Below, in pieces: positions 57,501 through 64,000 of a DNA stretch of 64,000 nt (positions within the stretch are counted from its first letter, which is position 1; every line of letters begins with the position of its first letter). The translations under genes and the position numbers were made by a program. The notes under the pieces were generated by a model. That model searched no databases. It was given only the letters and a program-made list of their open reading frames with translations, and was not told the DNA's origin. The stretch is taken from positions 3,393 through 67,392 of the forward strand of contig JBIIQT010000008.1 in assembly GCA_044341875.1 (NCBI GenBank), given 5' to 3'. This DNA is from Chitinophagaceae bacterium. Lineage in GTDB: Bacteria > Bacteroidota > Bacteroidia > Chitinophagales > Chitinophagaceae.

Positions 57501-60500
57501 GGCAGTGTCAAATGCCTGCGGTGTTGCAATCAGTAATTTAATTACTTTCAGTGTTCATGACAAGCCATTAATTGTCACACAGCCTGAATCAGTTACCTTG
57601 TGTGAAGGTACTACCCTCAATTTGTCACCACTCGCGCAAAATAAGACCGGTACCAGTTCTCCTATCCAGTACAGTTGGACGTTTAATGGAAATGGACTCT
57701 CTTTTACAAGCTCCAACTTGACACTTGCCAATGTTTCAACTGCAAATACAGGGAGTTATCGTCTTCAAGCCAGAAATGAGTGCGGGTCTGTATCAAGCAA
57801 TATTGCTGCAGTTACTGTTGTTTCTAAACCTAAATATGCAATCTTAACACCTTCAAGTGAATTATCGATTTGTTCTCCAATCTCACAAACCAGAACACTT
57901 GCATTAAACGTCTATGCAGATAATGCTGTGCAACCCAATATCACCTGGACAACAGATGTTGGTAGTATTACTGGCTCAAATAATCTACCGAGTATTGGGA
58001 TTGCTTCTGTAGGAAAAAATGCCACGTATTTCGCAACCATGACGAATGCTTGTGGTAGCACGCAATTGAATAATGGTCAAGGAATTATTGTTTATAATGA
58101 ATCAGCCCTGCCTAGTGTTGCCAAATACTCTATGCCGCCCTTGACAACATTTTGTGAGCGTTCACCGATGAAATTGAATGTCTCCACCAATTCCAATGGT
58201 TATGAAACTTACGTGTGGAAGCTGAATACTAAAGTTGTTCAGACAAATCAATCAGGAAATCCAAGTTCTTCCGACTTTCAAAAAATTGTAACATCTGCCG
58301 ATGGTGGAACCTATACGGTTGACATTACAAATAGTTGTGGGACAGTAGCCAATGCAGTTAGTATTCCTGTTACCATCAATCCAACCCCTAATATTGACTT
58401 CAATGTCAGCAGTCAGACCACTCAATGTCTTGCTGGGAATATTTTCACTTTTAACAATACTTCAACCAACACCACTGGCGGAATTCGGTACACCTGGGAC
58501 TTTGGTGATGGCGTAAAGAATATTACAGCGATTCTTACAGCCTCTCACACCTATACTGTATCAGGCAATCAAGTTGTGAAGCTGACTGGTATCAATGATT
58601 TTGGTTGTACAAGTTCCAATACAAGGAATGTAGTTATTGCTGCAGATCCTCGCATTTCTGCTCAGCCTGTAGGAAAAGTAGTGTGTGAAGGAGATGGATA
58701 TTTGCTTTCTGCAACCATCAACAACGGTGGTGCGACTTCCTTGAGTTATCAGTGGTATTTTAATGGCCAACCCATTTCGAACAATAACTCCAATACATAT
58801 TCAATAGTTTCTATGAGTGCTTCCAATGTTGGAAGCTACTATCTTAAAGTAATGAATTCCGGATGTGGCCTGTCTGCACAATCTGAGCCAGTAAATATTT
58901 CTTATCAGGAGCGTCCCGATGTCAGCTTCAATGTGGGCGGTAAATCACTCACTTCTTGTATCACCGCAGCAGAATATACTTTTACCAATACTACCCCTGC
59001 AGTTGCCGGGGTGACCTATCTTTGGAATTTCTCTGATGGTAAATTTTATACCAGTCCAAATGTTGTTCATACTTTCGTAAATACAGGAATTTATAATGTT
59101 ACCCTAACTGCTTCGGCAGGAGGATGCAGTGCAACTGGGTATTTGCTTGGAAACCAAGCAAGCAGGATCAGGATTGATGGAGTTCCTGTGATCAATAAAG
59201 ATTTGCCATCCGTTGTTACCTACAAAAAGGGTGATCCCATTGTACTGAATATTAATGCCGGTGCTATAGACGCAAATGGTACAGAAATGCCTGTAAACTA
59301 TTATTGGTACAAGTTGCCATCAACGACTGTTATCGGCACCAATAGCCCTACATTTAATTCTATTACCAGTGCGTTGGTTTCTGATTCTGGTAGGTATTAT
59401 GTTACGGTAAACAATGTTTGTGGCTCAACCAGGAGCAATACCACTTTGGTTAAAGTAAATGATGTTCCTTCTATTACTTTACAGCCAATAGCCACCAGTG
59501 TTTGTTTGGGTAAGTCATTGCAATTGAAGGTTGGAGGCATTTCTAATGATAACAGTACACCCCTTTACCAATGGTATTATCGAAAAGATCTAAGTGCTAC
59601 CCCTTTGCCAATCCCGAGTGGTACTGGGCCAATTCTTAATATTGCAGCATTCTCTAACAACGATGTTGGAAATTATTTTGTCAAACTTTCCAATGAGATT
59701 GGTGCTGTTGAAAGCAATTCAATTTTGGTTATAGCAGAATCTATGCCTACTGTTAATGCCATTAATTCGATCCCATCTCTGGAATCAGGTATTTGCGTCA
59801 ACACAGGACTGCAATTGAATGCTTCAGTATCAACCTTGACCAATAGTAGTTATACTATAAGTTGGGAACAAAATGGGGTTGCGCTGACAGGTCAGGAGGC
59901 CTTGCAGATTAATTTTGCGTCAATCAAAAAATCAAATGCAGGTGAGATTGCCATAAAAGTTACCAATACTTGTGGCACATCAACACGGAAGGTAAACCTT
60001 AATGTAATTGATATTCCTCAATTCATTCAATCGCCCTCTGCTGTTAATGCCTGTATAAATGGCTCTGCCACATTTATCGCTAAGTTGCAGTCTATTAATT
60101 CAGGATCTCCTTTTGGTTATCAGTGGCTTAAAAATGGTGTTGGTTACACCGGTACTGGTATTGTAACCAATGAGCAGTTGAGTTTATCAAACATACAAAT
60201 TACAGATGCTGCTGTTTATGCCCTTCAGTCTACGAACACATGTGGTCTAAATACTTCTTCTGCAGGTAAGTTGACCGTTGTGGCCACAGCGCCAGCTATA
60301 TCTCAACAGCCTTCTGCCGTTAATACCTGTGCTGGGGGACAAAATACAGTAACATTGGTGGCGAGTTCTGATGATAATCAATTGCTTTATAGTTGGTATA
60401 AAAACGGCAATCTTTTGTCAAAAGAAGTCGCTTCACAGCTTTCATTCAATACGATTGCAGCTTCTGATGCGGGTACTTACAGGGCAATAGTCACTAATGG

Positions 60501-63500
60501 TTGTAATCTCAGCACTACAAGCAATACATTTCAAATTGTAGTTAAAGAAAAGGTAAGCCTGAATGCTAAGATTGTTGACAAGAAAATTTGTGTTGGAAAC
60601 AACCTTGGAGCCGATATCAGTTCCTATCTTATTGGCGCAGATATCAATACTACCTACCAGTGGATGTTGAACGGGATAAATCTTTCAGATGCTACGGCAA
60701 AAACGAATAACCTGACTTTGTTGAATGTCAATAAAACGAACGAAGGTTCCTATAGTGTGCTTGCGAGCAACAGTTGTGGAGCTTCTTCCTTGGATTTGTT
60801 CAAGTTGTCTACTACTGCGGTTCCTGAGATTACGACCCAGCCGATTGCTGGATTTGCGTGTGCTGGGGGAAGTTTCACGAACACGGTAGTAGTTGCAAAT
60901 GCTGCACAGCTGCCATTGAGTTACCAGTGGTACAAGGATGGCAATATTGTTGCGAGCAATGGTTTGAGTCAACAATTGTTGCTGCAGAACATTGCGATAG
61001 CAGACCAAGGATTGTATGCGGTGCGAGTGAGCAATACATGTGGTACGACACAATCGTCTTCCGCCCGTCTATCCTTGACAGGCAATCCTTTGATATCGCA
61101 GCAACCGGCAGCCATAAGCTCCTGTTCAGGTTTGGAGAACAAAGCCATTGTTGTGGCAAGTTCTGACGATAACCGTTTGGCCTATAGTTGGTACAAGGAC
61201 GGTGCATTGATTGCTGGTCAGATCAATCCTCAATTGGTATTTTCTAAGATAGGATCTGGTGATGGAGGTACCTATAGGGTTATTGTCACGAATGGATGTA
61301 ATTTGAGTACAACGAGTAGTAATTTCCAGGTTGTTGTAAAAGAGAAGATTGCATTGACGGGAAGTATTGCTGACAAGGTTCTATGTGTGGGTACTAATTT
61401 GAATGCAGACATCAGTGCATCTTTGTCGGGAGTTGATCTTGCTTCTGTTTATCAGTGGAAGTTGAATGGCATCGATATTGCTGACGCAAGTGCCAAGACC
61501 AATTTCCTTAAGTTGTTGAACCTTTCTAAAACGAACGAAGGTTCCTATAGTGTGCTTGCGAGCAACAGTTGTGGAGCTTCTTCCTTGGATTTGTTCAAGT
61601 TGTCTACTACTGCGGTTCCTGAGATTACGACCCAGCCGATTGCTGGATTTGCGTGTGCTGGGGGAAGTTTCACGAACACGGTAGTAGTTGCAAATGCTGC
61701 ACAGCTGCCATTGAGTTACCAGTGGTACAAGGATGGCAATATTGTTGCGAGCAATGGTTTGAGTCAACAATTGTTGCTGCAGAACATTGCGATAGCAGAC
61801 CAAGGATTGTATGCGGTGCGAGTGAGCAACACTTGTGGTATGACACAATCGTCTTCCGCCCGTCTATCCTTGACTGGCAATCCGGTGATATCGCAGCAAC
61901 CGGCTGCCATCAACTCCTGTTCAGGTTTGGAGAACAAAGCCATAGTTGTGGCTAGTTCTGACGATAACCGTTTGGCGTATAGTTGGTACAAGGACGGCGC
62001 ATTGATTACTGGTCAGATCAATCCTCAATTGGTATTTTCTAAGATAGGATCTGGTGATGGAGGTACGTATAGGGTTATTGTCACGAATGGATGTAATTTG
62101 AGTACAACGAGCAGCAATTTCCAGGTTGTTGTAAAAGAGAAGATTGCATTGACGGGAAGTATTGCTGACAAGGTTCTGTGTGTGGGTACTAATTTGAATG
62201 CGGACATCAGTGGATCTTTGTCTGGTGTTGATCTTGCTTCTGTTTATCAGTGGAAGTTAAATGGCATTGATATTGCTGACGCGAGTGCGAAGACCAATTT
62301 CCTTAAGTTGTTGAACCTTTCCAAGACGAACGAAGGTTCCTACAGTGTTCTTGCGAGCAACAGTTGTGGAGCTAGTTCCTTGGATTTGTTCAAGTTGTCT
62401 ACTACTGCGGTTCCTGAGATTACGACCCAGCCGATTGCTGGATTTGCGTGTGCTGGTGGAAGTTTCACGAACACGGTAGTTGTTGCGAATGCTGCACAGT
62501 TGCCATTGAGCTATCAATGGCTTAAGGATGGCAATATTGTTGCGAGCAATGGTTTGAGTCAACAATTGTTGTTGCAGAACATTGCGGTAGCAGACCAAGG
62601 ATTGTATGCGGTGAGAGTGAGCAACAGTTGTGGTACGACACAATCTTCTTCTGCCCGTCTATCCTTGACAGGCAATCCTGTGATTGCTCAGCAGCCTCAA
62701 CCCATAACTGCTTGCGTAGGGGAGGAGGGAGTCGCTACAATCGTGGCAACTTCAGATGATGATCAAATCCAATACAGCTGGTTCAAAGACGGTATTCTTG
62801 TGCCTGGGCAAATTGGACCAAGGTTGGTATTTGCCAAAATTGCATCAAATGATGTTGGTGTTTATCGAGCTGCTGTAACCAATGGATGTAAACTGACAAC
62901 AACCACCAGCAACTTTCAGATCATCATCAAGGAGAAGATAAGCCAGCTTGCAACAATTGCCGATAAGCAACTTTGTGCAGGAACCGACCTGCTGGTTGAT
63001 ATCAGTAAAAACCTGAAAGGTGCTGACCTGACTTCTTCCTACCAGTGGAAGCTAAACGGTATAAATATTGTGGATGCTTCTGCCGTCACCAATACAATTA
63101 AATTGTTGGCTGTTTCCAAATCCAATGTAGGAAACTACGCTGTTTTGGCCAGCAATTCATGCGGTTCGTCATTGCTAGACCTGTTTAAATTGGGTGTGAC
63201 CAACCTGCCATCTATCGAGACACAGCCATTGGCAGGTGAGGTGTGTGAAAATCTTGATTGGTCCAACAAAGTTGTTGTTTCCAATACTGACCAGATTGGG
63301 TTTACATACCAATGGTTTAAAGATGGTCTTCCATTGCTGGGCGCAAACAATCCGGAGATTTATCTTTCCAATGTCAATGCATCCAATCAAGGATTGTACA
63401 GTGTCAGGTTGAGCTCCGCCTGTGGAAATGTGATGAGCAACAAGGAGCTCTTCCAAGTAAGGGCCAAGCCTGACGTGTCAATATCGCTGCTTGGCACCGC

Positions 63501-64000
63501 GCCTAACCAGTGTTTGGAAACCAACGCCTTTGTGTTCAGGCCAAATGTTTTGATCAACGACAATTCAACTGTAGACCTGACTTGGGATTTTGGTGATGGG
63601 GTTTTCAGCAAGCAAAATCAGGTCAGCCACAGTTATCAGTTTTCAAATGATTTCAACGTTTACCTTTTTGCCAAAAGTGCTTATGGATGTTTGGACACTG
63701 CTAAGCAGGTGGTTTCAGTCAATGCCAAGCCTGTTGTGGTGGAGAACATTTTAAGCCAGATAATCTGTGCAGGTGGACAATTGAACTACAATGTGGATGT
63801 AAAGCTGAAGCCAAATGAAACTGTAGGATACCAATGGTTCTTTAATCAAGATCCAATTGCCAATGCGGTTAAAAATTCTTTCTCGCTCAACAACGTGCAG
63901 AAAGTCAACAACGGCTTGTACAAATTGAAGATCACCAATGCCTGTGGAATCACCTATTCATCAGAAGCTGAACTCAAGGTGGCTGAGAAGCCACTGGTTA
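54595..64000 (+). CDS. Giant Ig-like/PKD repeat surface protein (at least 3135 aa; 3'-truncated by window edge), probable T9SS cargo
   Basis: I read the frame from ATG 54595 to the window end with no stop. Sec signal MKFLRKIRFAFTGLLLLLSNLLIA, then 35 domains of ~88 aa: 32 Ig-like (YQW.K.G, D.G.Y...V.N.CG) and 3 PKD (WDFGDG 58495, WNFSDG 59023, WDFGDG 63583). Absent from the ORF track because it lacks a stop. Confidence 0.93.
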   Translation, partial: MKFLRKIRFAFTGLLLLLSNLLIAQTCPVINSVTNSSAVCVGTSFVMQVNASSPDLSTLTYSWFKNGVAITGASTNQYTISSFSAGDAASYTVKVGNACGTLTTSNPIQLTLSGLPVITSSFSSPTTICVGADFSTSVTATSNVGDALTYQWSKGAVNITGATASSFLISRVAEGDAGSFRVAVTNSCGTVNSSVHQLIIKKIPVILNQPASAQLCTGSPVAVTADVTGADTYSWTKNNISIGNSTTNVTISSAQLIDGGTYKYTATNACGATISNEAVITVKAKPTIQSVTQGATICQGASRSLTVVANGNNDNSLTYQWSLNGSPIVGATAATYSIVSFSSSNAGTYSVAVTNSCGTTTSTSVAADCILSLSSAPTITSVFTSPVNICVGENYSTQVIANTNAGGALSYQWKRAGSLIPGATNATLNLTALQTTDAGIYTVEVINGCGPTTSANLQINVSPKPIITLQPVGSTVCVGAAITLSADVAGATSFKWQKDGVDVGNITKTFTLSNSAKTDAGSFTFIASNGCGNTSSAAAVMVINGKPAINSIASPANVCVGSTATLVASVNGNGDNNLTYSWSLKGIAIPNGNASTLSVPNFQSSNVGVYALAVTNGCGTTTSTSLSLDKDVQLIQAPSIAAVVDQNVCLNATLNVSPTLTNLGGVPATYQWYFEGGILPDQQSSQLRISNIQSNKSGRYFLSVNNGCSPVSGAPFNVNVLELPVIKTQPAAVSDLCVGSVFSIEVLSTGAQLLQWFKNDVAIAGANGSSYSISSLSVSDAARYNVKVSNNCGYSITSSNAVLTVGSSPTVVTPPANISSCLGQSASANIVANTNGGGPLKYEWSTSTGVIAGATSSTFSLANVSKADAKTYTVSVGNNCSGKINGGSFALTLADKPTVLISTSIPNNATTGNPTVCLGSPISFTVTENSNGAALSYTWYKDDISKGVQSTNALTIASSTSTDAGVYKLAVSNACGVAISNLITFSVHDKPLIVTQPESVTLCEGTTLNLSPLAQNKTGTSSPIQYSWTFNGNGLSFTSSNLTLANVSTANTGSYRLQARNECGSVSSNIAAVTVVSKPKYAILTPSSELSICSPISQTRTLALNVYADNAVQPNITWTTDVGSITGSNNLPSIGIASVGKNATYFATMTNACGSTQLNNGQGIIVYNESALPSVAKYSMPPLTTFCERSPMKLNVSTNSNGYETYVWKLNTKVVQTNQSGNPSSSDFQKIVTSADGGTYTVDITNSCGTVANAVSIPVTINPTPNIDFNVSSQTTQCLAGNIFTFNNTSTNTTGGIRYTWDFGDGVKNITAILTASHTYTVSGNQVVKLTGINDFGCTSSNTRNVVIAADPRISAQPVGKVVCEGDGYLLSATINNGGATSLSYQWYFNGQPISNNNSNTYSIVSMSASNVGSYYLKVMNSGCGLSAQSEPVNISYQERPDVSFNVGGKSLTSCITAAEYTFTNTTPAVAGVTYLWNFSDGKFYTSPNVVHTFVNTGIYNVTLTASAGGCSATGYLLGNQASRIRIDGVPVINKDLPSVVTYKKGDPIVLNINAGAIDANGTEMPVNYYWYKLPSTTVIGTNSPTFNSITSALVSDSGRYYVTVNNVCGSTRSNTTLVKVNDVPSITLQPIATSVCLGKSLQLKVGGISNDNSTPLYQWYYRKDLSATPLPIPSGTGPILNIAAFSNNDVGNYFVKLSNEIGAVESNSILVIAESMPTVNAINSIPSLESGICVNTGLQLNASVSTLTNSSYTISWEQNGVALTGQEALQINFASIKKSNAGEIAIKVTNTCGTSTRKVNLNVIDIPQFIQSPSAVNACINGSATFIAKLQSINSGSPFGYQWLKNGVGYTGTGIVTNEQLSLSNIQITDAAVYALQSTNTCGLNTSSAGKLTVVATAPAISQQPSAVNTCAGGQNTVTLVASSDDNQLLYSWYKNGNLLSKEVASQLSFNTIAASDAGTYRAIVTNGCNLSTTSNTFQIVVKEKVSLNAKIVDKKICVGNNLGADISSYLIGADINTTYQWMLNGINLSDATAKTNNLTLLNVNKTNEGSYSVLASNSCGASSLDLFKLSTTAVPEITTQPIAGFACAGGSFTNTVVVANAAQLPLSYQWYKDGNIVASNGLSQQLLLQNIAIADQGLYAVRVSNTCGTTQSSSARLSLTGNPLISQQPAAISSCSGLENKAIVVASSDDNRLAYSWYKDGALIAGQINPQLVFSKIGSGDGGTYRVIVTNGCNLSTTSSNFQVVVKEKIALTGSIADKVLCVGTNLNADISASLSGVDLASVYQWKLNGIDIADASAKTNFLKLLNLSKTNEGSYSVLASNSCGASSLDLFKLSTTAVPEITTQPIAGFACAGGSFTNTVVVANAAQLPLSYQWYKDGNIVASNGLSQQLLLQNIAIADQGLYAVRVSNTCGMTQSSSARLSLTGNPVISQQPAAINSCSGLENKAIVVASSDDNRLAYSWYKDGALITGQINPQLVFSKIGSGDGGTYRVIVTNGCNLSTTSSNFQVVVKEKIALTGSIADKVLCVGTNLNADISGSLSGVDLASVYQWKLNGIDIADASAKTNFLKLLNLSKTNEGSYSVLASNSCGASSLDLFKLSTTAVPEITTQPIAGFACAGGSFTNTVVVANAAQLPLSYQWLKDGNIVASNGLSQQLLLQNIAVADQGLYAVRVSNSCGTTQSSSARLSLTGNPVIAQQPQPITACVGEEGVATIVATSDDDQIQYSWFKDGILVPGQIGPRLVFAKIASNDVGVYRAAVTNGCKLTTTTSNFQIIIKEKISQLATIADKQLCAGTDLLVDISKNLKGADLTSSYQWKLNGINIVDASAVTNTIKLLAVSKSNVGNYAVLASNSCGSSLLDLFKLGVTNLPSIETQPLAGEVCENLDWSNKVVVSNTDQIGFTYQWFKDGLPLLGANNPEIYLSNVNASNQGLYSVRLSSACGNVMSNKELFQVRAKPDVSISLLGTAPNQCLETNAFVFRPNVLINDNSTVDLTWDFGDGVFSKQNQVSHSYQFSNDFNVYLFAKSAYGCLDTAKQVVSVNAKPVVVENILSQIICAGGQLNYNVDVKLKPNETVGYQWFFNQDPIANAVKNSFSLNNVQKVNNGLYKLKITNACGITYSSEAELKVAEKPLV
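60733..62679 (+). repeat. 795-bp in-frame tandem repeat (about 2.5 near-identical copies, 3 Ig domains per unit)
   Basis: The aaaacgaacgaaggttcc anchor recurs at 60733, 61528 and (aagacg variant) 62323, exactly 795 bp apart. Confidence 0.93.

Noticed and set aside
60685-62643. Repeated minus-strand ORFs (MCRTT.../MCHTT...) and alternative-frame ORFs
   Set aside because: By-products of the 795-bp repeat in the plus-strand giant gene.
54595-64000. Apparent codon-usage shift along the giant gene
   Set aside because: Qualitative impression only; a sliding-window GC3/codon analysis is needed before claiming mosaic origin.

Overview
Chromosomal window of a Bacteroidota bacterium, probably Chitinophagaceae-like. 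The phylum call rests on SusC/SusD pairs, a PorP/SprF T9SS gene, the rpmB-rpmG-DUF4295-ftsY-rimO operon and repeated TAnnTTTG -7 promoter elements. In order: a galM-xylB-xylA xylose cluster; an enzyme-less SusC/SusD/DUF1735 locus; core genes (dapD, cca, miaA, proS); a ~14 kb ROK-regulated polysaccharide utilisation locus (PUL) with GlcNAc 2-epimerase, SusC/D, two GHL10 hydrolases, a sodium:solute symporter, DUF4434 and a phosphodiester glycosidase, but no sialidase or NanA; lpdA, the ribosomal/ftsY/rimO operon, bshC, purK-purE-deoC, a DpaA-like protein, an ABC ATPase, FKBP, bstA and a VWA+AAA pair; a TMEM260-like DUF2723 protein, tRNA-Lys, an SDR and a degenerate DUF62 protein; then porP/sprF followed by a giant (at least 3135 aa) Ig/PKD-repeat protein that runs off the window and is missing from the ORF track. 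Best leads: (1) a cysteine pattern in the giant protein pointing to inter-domain disulfide zippering; (2) the PUL, which may scavenge ManNAc/phosphodiester-containing bacterial wall polymers; (3) intergenic 9-/7-mer repeats whose orientation tracks gene ends. No CRISPR array, rRNA, integrase or transposase was seen. Family assignments come from motif recognition only; no database searches were run.
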